64,000 nt of DNA from Limisphaerales bacterium (GTDB taxonomy: Bacteria; Verrucomicrobiota; Verrucomicrobiia; Limisphaerales; AAA164-E04): NCBI GenBank assembly GCA_965203425.1, contig OZ241891.1, positions 1,775,127 through 1,839,126 of the forward strand, given 5' to 3'. The notes below the pieces were generated by a model. That model saw only the letters and a list, made by a program, of their open reading frames with translations, had not been told where the DNA came from and searched no databases. This document shows, piece after piece, positions 10,790 to 18,253 of this stretch; position 1 is the first letter of the stretch; the number at the start of each line of letters is the position of its first letter. Both the position numbers and the translations under genes were made by a program.

Positions 10790-11585
10790 GCGCCAATTCC
10801 TCCTTTCTTTTGGAGACGACGGCGGACAATCACAAAAGCCAGCGCAAACAAGCCAAACACGAGCGCATATTCCGCAGGTTCTGGAATAAACGATCTGGAA
10901 ACGCCTATGTTGACTGATCCAGATGCCAGATAAGGCGCCTGAGGCCAAAGTCCATCACTCCTTCTCGTCCAAAGAGGCGAGTTCCCAAAGTCGCTGATTG
11001 GTTTGTCCATAATGCCGGCGCCAATCAATTGGAATACATTATTGGAAGAATAAACCAGATTGGGAGGAGTAATGCGAATTCCAATCTCATCGTAATTCGC
11101 AGTGTCGTTCATAAAAATCTTGCCGATGGTTCTTGAGGCAACAACCGAATACTCATCTCCAACAATGCGGATTGCTGGCGCGTTGGTATCGTTGGCAGTA
11201 AAGGACGACGTTCTGTAACCACCTCCCGGAAGTCTGTTTTGAACAGACTCGATGTCTATGGCATTGGTGCTTCCAAACAAGGGAGTAAGATTGAAAAACT
11301 GGTTGGTTGGCTTGTTAGCGGGGTAAAAGTCGGCGGCACTGCCAATTTGCCAAGAGTCTCGTGCGTGATAGGTGCCGCTGCTTCGAATGCTGCTGGGGTA
11401 ATGCGCGGTGGCAAAACCTCCTCGAAAAATCCACAGGGTTTTGTTGGTGTTGTCTTGGCTGGGATAGTGTTGATATGAAGTTGCGCTTGAGCGGTTGTTG
11501 CCGTCCAAATCAGAGCCAATCCCGTCAGAGCCAGCCAAAAGAAGCCGAGAGCCGTCCGTTTCGTCCATAATGCGTTGAATCTCAT
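10786..11585 (-). pseudogene. PEP-CTERM-anchored secreted protein (paralog of 48075..48890), with its signal peptide in a different frame
   Basis: The C-terminus IPEPAEYALVFGLFALAFVIVRRR is a PEP-CTERM sorting signal. The signal peptide MRFNALWTKRTALGFFWLALTGLALIWTATTAQAQLHI (ORF 11256..11585) is out of frame with the body ...YQHYPSQDNTNKTLWIF. The paralog reads AQAQLYIHIYPSQDSPTNQTLWIF in a single frame. Confidence 0.7.
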
Positions 11586-11589
11586 CTTG

Positions 11590-12515
11590 CCAAAATCAAT
11601 TTACCCGATTCACTTCTTTCGTCAACCCAGAATTGAACGTTTCCCAAAAAATCTCAAGCGGAATTTGCGGCGGATGGCTGGAAGGCGATGAAGGCGGAGA
11701 CGAGATGGATGAAGGCCATGAAGGTTTTCGCCAGCCGGTCATAGCGAGTGGCAATGCGCCGAAATCCTTTGATTCGACAAGAGAATCGCTCCACTTGCGC
11801 CGCATTCGATATTTCTTTTTATCGTAGGGAAAGAGCATTTTCCGACTTGCTCTCGGCGGGATGACGGCTTCGATGCTCTGATGTTCCAAGAATTTGCGGA
11901 AGTCGTCGCTGTCGTAGGCCTTGTCCATTACAGCGGCGTCCAGCCAGCGAGATTTTGGCACTCCTTCCCAAACGGCTGGGAAGGCGGTGGCATCGTGGCT
12001 TTGGCCGGGGCTCAGGGAAAAGGAAACGGCGGTGCGGTCATCAGCGCAGGCGGCGTGCAGTTTGGTGGTCAGGCCGCCGCAGGATCTTCCCATCGCTTGC
12101 TTGGCTTGGCCGCCGTCTTTCTTGGCGACGGAGGCATGCTGATGCGCTCACACGGTGATGGAATCGATGAAGAGATGGCGCAAGGGTTTGTCGTCTAGGC
12201 TTTGGAGATGCCTCCAAATTCGCTTCCAAAGGCCTGATTTTTCCCAGCGCCGAAAGCGGTTGTAAGCGGCATTCCTACAGCAAAACTCTCTGGGCAGATC
12301 GCGCCAAGGGTTTCCGGTTCGGGCTATGTAGAGGATGGCTTCGACGAACATTCGGGGGCTGAGTTTGGACGGGGCAGTGGTCGTTCCTTTGACTTCGCGG
12401 ATTATGGGTTCAATGGCTTTCCAAAGGTTGTCGCTGACAATCAAACGGCAAGATAAAACAGAATCTTTCATGGCAAAACCTCAGTCTTGCCGTTTTGAAT
12501 CATTCTTGTCAATCT
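11590..12515 (-). mobile_element. IS5-family insertion sequence (DUF4096 + DDE_Tnp_1 type), decayed copy; ends approximate
   Basis: It encloses the transposase reading frame. I see only weak imperfect terminal inverted similarity (around 11617-11640 versus 12487-12512), so the boundaries are uncertain. Confidence 0.6.
11654..12471 (-). pseudogene. IS5-family transposase with an in-frame TGA and a C-terminal frameshift
   Basis: N-terminus ...LSPRMFVEAILYIARTGNPWRDLPREF...YNRFRRWEKSGLW. It then reads FIDSITV-TGA-AHQHASVAKK, where the family has V-R-AHQHA (TGA at 12148-12150). DDE part: GGLTTKLHA...DKAYDSD. After YRMRR the conserved VERFSCRIKGFRRIATRYDRLAKTFMAFIHL is in another frame. Confidence 0.75.
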
Positions 12516-12518
12516 AAA

Positions 12519-12824
12519 CTACTTTCCTAGCAACTCAAAATAATGCGCAAAGAAACCACCGAGCAAAGCGGTTATCCCTATGGACGCCACTATCAAAACC
12601 CAGTTCTTCAACTTTTCCAAACGATCCAAGCGGACGTTAATGCCGTCTTTGCCGTTGCCTCGAATGTCTTCGTCTAAGCCTTTGAGAGTCCCATCTATCT
12701 TATCCAGCCGAATTTTCAGGTCGGATTCCATTGTATTCAAATGGTTTTCGAGAGCGTCAATCTTCCCGCTAACGAAAATCTTCAACTCGTTAGTCGTCAT
12801 TATCTCCATGTCTGGTTCACTCAT
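12519..12824 (-). CDS. small coiled-coil protein with a C-terminal transmembrane anchor
   Basis: 101 aa. Heptad-like ALENHLNTMESDLKIRLDKIDGTLKGLDEDI...RLDRLEKL followed by the TM segment WVLIVASIGITALLGGFFAHYF. Its start overlaps the upstream stop by 8 nt. Confidence 0.55.
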   Translation of the reverse strand: MSEPDMEIMTTNELKIFVSGKIDALENHLNTMESDLKIRLDKIDGTLKGLDEDIRGNGKDGINVRLDRLEKLKNWVLIVASIGITALLGGFFAHYFELLGK

Positions 12825-12987
12825 CGTCTTTGTCCAGTTTCTCCTTAATTTCTTCCAAAATCGCCTCGACTTTGTTCATCCAGTTCACCACCATCGAATA
12901 GAACACGAAGCCACACGCCGAAACGCCTAAGACTATTGCAAGAGGCTCAGCGGCTTCAATCCAGAATAGTATGCTGTCAATGTCCAT
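12817..12987 (-). CDS. small membrane protein (N-terminal TM, acidic coiled-coil tail)
   Basis: MDIDSILFWIEAAEPLAIVLGVSACGFVFYSMVV...KVEAILEEIKEKLDKDDE. AAGGAG lies 8 nt upstream of the ATG at 12987. Confidence 0.5.
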   Translation of the reverse strand: MDIDSILFWIEAAEPLAIVLGVSACGFVFYSMVVNWMNKVEAILEEIKEKLDKDDE

Positions 12988-12991
12988 AGGC

Positions 12992-13351
12992 TTAATTCTC
13001 CTTTTCGCATTGGCAAGCCGTGGTTGGCTGATTGGCGAAGACGGTTTCCAGCCGGCTGACAATGCGCTCTTCCACTCCGTCAATTTTGGTTTCCAACCGG
13101 GCTTCCACTCGGTTGATTCTGGCGTTCTGATCGGTGTGAAGCCAGACCATTATTCCAAGCAGGAGAATGAGTCCGATGAAGTGGAAATTTAGGCGGGTTT
13201 CAATTTTCCCTACCTTTGTTTGCAGGACGTTTTGCCCTTCTTTGATTTGGCCGAGTTCATTGTTGATTTTGCCGAGTTCTCGAAGAATCGCCGAGTCTCC
13301 AGCCATATCGGTAGCTTTTGAATCATGGTCAGTCATAATGTATCTAGTCAT
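12992..13351 (-). CDS. small membrane protein (coiled-coil, central TM, coiled-coil)
   Basis: 119 aa. LGKINNELGQIKEGQNVLQTKVGKIETRL, then TM FHFIGLILLLGIMVWL, then ARINRVEARLETKIDGVEERIVSRLE. Confidence 0.55.
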   Translation of the reverse strand: MTRYIMTDHDSKATDMAGDSAILRELGKINNELGQIKEGQNVLQTKVGKIETRLNFHFIGLILLLGIMVWLHTDQNARINRVEARLETKIDGVEERIVSRLETVFANQPTTACQCEKEN

Positions 13352-13379
13352 TATTTATTGACGTCCCAACGCGAGACGT

Positions 13380-13410
13380 CGTCCACTTAATATTAAATAT
13401 AACGTGGACG
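13380..13410. promoter_or_regulatory. 7-bp inverted repeat with a 17-nt AT-rich spacer, in the divergent region between the small-protein trio and scpA
   Basis: CGTCCAC-ttaatattaaatataac-GTGGACG was read directly. The spacer contains -10-like hexamers. No function has been shown. Confidence 0.25.
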
Positions 13411-13508
13411 ATTTGCTTCGACAAGGCAAATTTTAATTTTTTTCGTGGATTGCGCCGAACCCGGTTTCTCCGCTTTGTCGTTGCCAAAGCCCGCCGTTTA
13501 GGGATAGG

Positions 13509-14345
13509 ATGTTCTCGCGCAAAATCGACGGCAAAGTTTTCGCAACAAAGCAAATGGCCGCATACAAAGTCCAGTTCGAAGTTTACGAAGGCCCGCTTGA
13601 CCTTCTGCTTTACCTCGTCCGCAAGCAGGAAGTGGATATCTATCAAGTGAACCTCGCCCGCTTGGCCGCCGAATTCATCCAATACATCGAGCAAATGCGG
13701 GAATGGGACATCCACGTCGCCGGCGAGTTCGTCGTTATGGCCGCCACCCTGATGCACATCAAAAGCCGCGAACTACTCCCCAAAGAAAAACAAGACAAAT
13801 CCCAAGAAGACGACGAGGACCAAGACCCTCGCTGGGAACTCATCCGCCAACTTGTCGAATATAAAAAGTTCAAAGACGCCGCCGGCCGTCTCCAGGATTT
13901 TGAAACCGCCCAAGAAAACATCTTCCCCCGCAACCCCGGCAAACCCCAACTCCCTCCCCTCGAAACCGCCGAACAAAACCCCCAAGTCACGGTCTTTGAC
14001 CTTCTCCATGCCGTCAACGCCATCCTCACCCGAGTCCAAGAGCAAGAAGCCGACGCGAGAGACATTCATGCCGATCTATTCACCGTCAGCGAAAAAATTC
14101 AACTCATCCGGGAGACCGTCCTCCAAAAAAGGCGAATTCGGTTTACAGAACTCTTCGCCGACGCCCGTTCCCGGCCAGAAATCGTCTGCACCTTTCTGGC
14201 CATGCTCGAATTGATCCGTCTTCGCCTCATCCAGGCACTCCAACGAAAACCATTCGGAGAAATCGAGCTGGAACAATGCGTCGATTCGGAAAACACTGCG
14301 GACGCAAAGGAGGAGGTCCCGCAAACTCCCCAACGCCGCAACTAG
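13509..14345 (+). CDS. scpA: segregation and condensation protein A
   Basis: YKVQFEVYEGPLDLLLYLVRKQEVDIYQVNLARLAAEFIQYI is the ScpA N-terminal signature. The true start may be the Met at 13554. Confidence 0.85.
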   Translation: MFSRKIDGKVFATKQMAAYKVQFEVYEGPLDLLLYLVRKQEVDIYQVNLARLAAEFIQYIEQMREWDIHVAGEFVVMAATLMHIKSRELLPKEKQDKSQEDDEDQDPRWELIRQLVEYKKFKDAAGRLQDFETAQENIFPRNPGKPQLPPLETAEQNPQVTVFDLLHAVNAILTRVQEQEADARDIHADLFTVSEKIQLIRETVLQKRRIRFTELFADARSRPEIVCTFLAMLELIRLRLIQALQRKPFGEIELEQCVDSENTADAKEEVPQTPQRRN

Positions 14346-14370
14346 AGAAACAATCCGCCTAAAATCTCCT

Positions 14371-15195
14371 ATGGACTTGCGTTTCGTCATAGAATCCATT
14401 CTCTTTGCCGCGCAAAAACCACTGACGCCTGCCGAACTGCACGACCTTTGCCGCGCGACTTCCGAACAATGCGAAGAAGTCCGCCAGCGCAAAGCACTCG
14501 TCAAACCCAGCACCAAACGCATCCGCCAAACATTGGAGCAACTGGCCAAAGAACACGAACAATCCAGCCGAAGCTACCGATTGATCTGCGTTGCCGGCGC
14601 CTGGCAATTCGTCACCCGAAGTGAATACGCCCCTTGGGTTCGCTCGCTCGTCGGCCAAAAACCCCGCCCGCCAAAACTCTCCCAACCAGCCCTTGAAACC
14701 CTGGCCATCATCGCCTACCGCCAACCCCTCACCCGCGCAGAAGCCGAACAAATTCGCGGCGTCTCCGTCGACGGCGTCGTGCAAACCCTGCTGGAACGAG
14801 AGCTAATCGAACAACGCGGCCGAGCCGAAATCATCGGCCGCCCCATGACATACGGAACCACCGAATACTTCCTCGAATACTTCGGCCTCCAATCACTGAA
14901 CGATCTACCAGCCGCCCCCGAACTCCACCGAATCGAAGTTCAACGACCAGAATCCCTTCAAACCGTCGAACCCGGCCTAGCTACAACCCCAGACCCCGCA
15001 CTCGCCTTAACCGCCGATTCGGAAAACCCAACAAACGCAAAAACAAAAATCAACGCCAACACACAAAACACACAACCAAATCCGGCCGACGGCGACTCCG
15101 CCGCTCCGCCAACAGACAATCCATCTCATCATGCTCCGGAAAACCAACCAACCAACCAACGAAGCCAAACTGCAAAAACACCGCAAGGCCATTGA
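14371..15195 (+). CDS. scpB: segregation and condensation protein B with a low-complexity C-terminal tail
   Basis: IESILFAAQKPLTPAEL...ALETLAIIAYRQPLTRAEAEQIRGVSVDGVVQTLLERELI...GRPMTYGTTEYFLEYFGL. The P/N/Q/T-rich tail overlaps the pheA start. Confidence 0.85.
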   Translation: MDLRFVIESILFAAQKPLTPAELHDLCRATSEQCEEVRQRKALVKPSTKRIRQTLEQLAKEHEQSSRSYRLICVAGAWQFVTRSEYAPWVRSLVGQKPRPPKLSQPALETLAIIAYRQPLTRAEAEQIRGVSVDGVVQTLLERELIEQRGRAEIIGRPMTYGTTEYFLEYFGLQSLNDLPAAPELHRIEVQRPESLQTVEPGLATTPDPALALTADSENPTNAKTKINANTQNTQPNPADGDSAAPPTDNPSHHAPENQPTNQRSQTAKTPQGH

Positions 15196-16225
15196 CTCCA
15201 TTGACGCGCAAATCGTCGGCCTCCTCAACGAACGCACCAAACACGTTCTTGGAATCGGAAAAATCAAACTGGCCGGCGGCGGCGGCATCTACGCGCCTCA
15301 CCGCGAACGAGCCGTCCTCCAAAAACTCGACCGACTCAACCAAGGCCCCGTAACCCGCCAATCCCTGCGAGCCATCTACCGTGAAATCATGTCCAGCGCT
15401 CTCTCCCTCGAAAAACCGATGACCATCGCCTTTCTTGGTCCAGAAGCCACATTCACTCACCAAGCCGCCATCAGCCGATTCGGACACAGCCTCCAATACC
15501 TCGCCCAAAAAACCATCGCCGACGTCTTCGCCGAAGTCAGCAAAGACCGCGCCGATTACGGAGTCGTCCCCGTCGAAAACTCCACCGAAGGCGTCGTCTC
15601 CAACACGCTGGACATGTTCGTGGACAGCGACCTCAAAATCGTCGCCCAAATCATCATGCCCATCCGTCACTGCCTCGTTGCCGGCGTCTGCCGCTCCCGA
15701 ATCAAAAAACTTTACTCCCATCCCCAAGCCCTCGGACAATGCCGCAACTGGGTTCAAACCCGCTTCCCAAAAACGGAAATCATCGAAACCTCCTCCACCA
15801 CAAGAGCCGCCCAACTCGCCGCCGCCGAACCCGGCGCCGCCGCCATTGCCAGCGCCCTTGCCGCCGAACAATGCCAACTCCAAATCCTCGAAACCGACAT
15901 CCAAGACAACGCCGCCAACATTACCCGATTCCTCGTACTCGGCGCCCAATGTAGCCCCCCCACCGGCAAAGACCGCACCAGCCTCATGTGCCGCATCGCC
16001 GACGAAGTTGGCGCCCTTCATCGCGCCCTCGAACCCTTCCGAAAACACCAACTTAATCTCACCAAAATCGAATCCCGCCCCAGCAAACGCAAAGCCTGGG
16101 AATACTACTTCTTCATCGACCTTGACGGACACCTCCAAGACCCCTCCCTCAAAAAAGCCATCGCCGCCCTCGAAAAAGAATGCGGCGCCGTCAAAACCCT
16201 CGGATCCTACCCCGCCGCCGACTAA
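15131..16225 (+). CDS. pheA: bifunctional chorismate mutase / prephenate dehydratase
   Basis: Chorismate mutase: IDSIDAQIVGLLNERTKHV. Prephenate dehydratase: IAFLGPEATFTHQAA, TRFLVL. ACT domain: TSLMCRIADEVGALHRALEPF...NLTKIESRPSK. Confidence 0.9.
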   Translation: MLRKTNQPTNEAKLQKHRKAIDSIDAQIVGLLNERTKHVLGIGKIKLAGGGGIYAPHRERAVLQKLDRLNQGPVTRQSLRAIYREIMSSALSLEKPMTIAFLGPEATFTHQAAISRFGHSLQYLAQKTIADVFAEVSKDRADYGVVPVENSTEGVVSNTLDMFVDSDLKIVAQIIMPIRHCLVAGVCRSRIKKLYSHPQALGQCRNWVQTRFPKTEIIETSSTTRAAQLAAAEPGAAAIASALAAEQCQLQILETDIQDNAANITRFLVLGAQCSPPTGKDRTSLMCRIADEVGALHRALEPFRKHQLNLTKIESRPSKRKAWEYYFFIDLDGHLQDPSLKKAIAALEKECGAVKTLGSYPAAD

Positions 16226-16664
16226 TCCTTTGCCAACAACCTGCAACGCACTCAACCAACACAAATAGAACACTAAGCCGTTGCAAAACGCCCAAAAATC
16301 AAAAAACAGCCCAGCCAACCACCAAAAATCGAAGAAAAATCCCGCAATCCACCAAAAAAAGACGAGAAAAAGCAAAAAAGTCGAAAAAACTTGCGCTCAA
16401 GGTTGATTTTTGATTTTCTTGCGTTTGGAAGTTTTTTCGGTGAAGAGATTCCTTTGTCAGGTCTCCCGCTGAATATCACAGTTTAATCTTGATGATGGTC
16501 TCGGGAGAGCCGTATACATCTTTCCTGTTGCTCCGGCAAACAGGCAGAACGTTTTTCGCATCTCTTTGCTGAATTAACTTCCAATCCGGCCTGAACGGAG
16601 GCATGAAGTGTGTTTTCGTTATGTTCAGGCCATAGACAGTAAAAATTGGAATTGTTTTCGGCTT

Positions 16665-17477
16665 ATGGAACATTTATTTGACACAGTTCTCAACGGATCG
16701 TTGAGCTTTGACGGAATCGCAACTGCGGCCTTGCCGCCGCTAATCGTTGCGGGAGGCCTCGCTCTCCTCGCATTCATCCTCGCAACACTCGCCGCCTTCC
16801 AAAAGCGGCCGAGCCAACAATCGGCCAAAGCCCTTCCCAACTTCGGAACGCTTTGGATTCTCGGCATCGCCGCCAGCATCTTGTCCACCGCGCAGACCCC
16901 AACCGCGCAAGCCGAGGCAACGCACGGCTACCGAGATGCAGGCTGTAACTGCTCGCCAAACCGCATCCCAGGCGAAATTATCAGGACGCGTACACAGCCC
17001 TACATCATTCACATGCCAGACACTTACGTGCCGAACTGCAAAAACGACTATCGCGTCAGCAACGTGAGAAACTGCGAATCCGTTGCTTACGACTGGCATT
17101 ACCGCTATCTGTGCTATTGGGAAGATGGCTATTGGGCCTGTTTGTACGCCAGGGCGGACGACTGTTTGGACGACGGAGTAATAGGTGGTGGAATAACTGA
17201 ACTCGCCGGCCTCTTATCTGCAATTGAGAGCAAGGGCAAGCCTACTAATTGGAGCAAACTCGTGAAGCAGACTCCGTACCGGGTTGTTGCGGGCTTTTTA
17301 GTTGGTTGGGTAAGATGTTGGGTTTATACTGAGGCTGCAAAAGCGGAATGGGATGCATGTGCAACCACTTGGAGTGAGCGAAACTGGAATCAGTGGGATG
17401 AATTTTGCGACGCCTTAGTGAACATAAGAAAAGACGTGGCGGATGAAGGCGAGTTTCACGATTGCACGGAGGACTAA
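16665..17477 (+). CDS. hypothetical Cys/Trp-rich membrane-anchored or secreted protein
   Basis: Two N-terminal hydrophobic segments (LPPLIVAGGLALLAFILATLAAF; FGTLWILGIAASIL) are followed by a domain with about 12 Cys. No recognisable family. Confidence 0.5.
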   Translation: MEHLFDTVLNGSLSFDGIATAALPPLIVAGGLALLAFILATLAAFQKRPSQQSAKALPNFGTLWILGIAASILSTAQTPTAQAEATHGYRDAGCNCSPNRIPGEIIRTRTQPYIIHMPDTYVPNCKNDYRVSNVRNCESVAYDWHYRYLCYWEDGYWACLYARADDCLDDGVIGGGITELAGLLSAIESKGKPTNWSKLVKQTPYRVVAGFLVGWVRCWVYTEAAKAEWDACATTWSERNWNQWDEFCDALVNIRKDVADEGEFHDCTED

Positions 17478-17503
17478 TTTGCGGAGAACTGAGTAAGAAA
17501 GAA

Positions 17504-17866
17504 ATGAAGGCAAAAACTCGATGCATTTTGTTTGAGGGAATCGCTTTGGCGGTGTCCATTCCTTCTATATTGGCGCTGGCCTTTGACGCGCCCCGCTCTT
17601 TCCTTTGGGCTTGCTTGTCTCTGCAGGTTACAGCGATTGCGATGGTGATACTCTTTAAGGTCAAGCGGTGGGGTTGGTACAGAAATCCTCCGTCTGATAC
17701 TATCGATGAAAAGACAAGCGACAACATATCCGCGCTGGGAATGTTGGCCTTTGTTGTGGTGTTTGGCTTGGCGATATTTTTGCCGCAGGTTTGGAAAGGG
17801 ACAGATGCGCCAACGGAAGCGGCGGAGACCGAGGAGAGTGAATTGCGCAATAGCATTGAGAATTAA
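17504..17866 (+). CDS. small 3-TM membrane protein with an acidic tail (paralog of 17894..18253)
   Basis: MKAKTRCILFEGIALAVS... shares its architecture and local motifs (MK..K..I.EG; W/LY(R/K).xP) with the next ORF. Confidence 0.5.
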   Translation: MKAKTRCILFEGIALAVSIPSILALAFDAPRSFLWACLSLQVTAIAMVILFKVKRWGWYRNPPSDTIDEKTSDNISALGMLAFVVVFGLAIFLPQVWKGTDAPTEAAETEESELRNSIEN

Positions 17867-17893
17867 GACTTGGAAAACTAAAGACTGGAAACT

Positions 17894-18253
17894 ATGAAAA
17901 CTACGAAAAAAGCCATAATCATTGAAGGATTTGGAGGACTTGTGTTCTTTTTCATGTTCTTAGGACTTTTCTACGATGTGCCAGTTCTCTACATTTTGCT
18001 TGGCATGCCGCTCACGTGGCTTGCGTTCATGTTCGTTGGCGAGAAGTTTGGGTTGTATAAGAAGGAACCAAACAAGGTTCCCGTTTCTGATAGAACGGAG
18101 AATTTCTTGTTTATTTCTGCTATGATTACCGCTGCTTTGGGGGCTATTGTTGTCACGCATTTTTTCCCGCACGGCCAAAAAGAAGGAATTGGAAGTGATA
18201 AACACGCCAACCGTTCCGCCCGTTTTAGAACGAGAAAGACCGCAATCACCTGA
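17894..18253 (+). CDS. small 3-TM membrane protein (tandem paralog)
   Basis: MKTTKKAIIIEGFGGLVFFFMFLGLF... has the same hydrophobic layout as the preceding ORF. Confidence 0.5.
   Translation: MKTTKKAIIIEGFGGLVFFFMFLGLFYDVPVLYILLGMPLTWLAFMFVGEKFGLYKKEPNKVPVSDRTENFLFISAMITAALGAIVVTHFFPHGQKEGIGSDKHANRSARFRTRKTAIT

Noticed and set aside
15050-16375. 441-aa minus-strand ORF covering pheA
   Set aside because: It is antisense to a confidently identified pheA. The product is G/F/V/A low complexity with no motifs, typical of a shadow ORF in GC-biased coding DNA.
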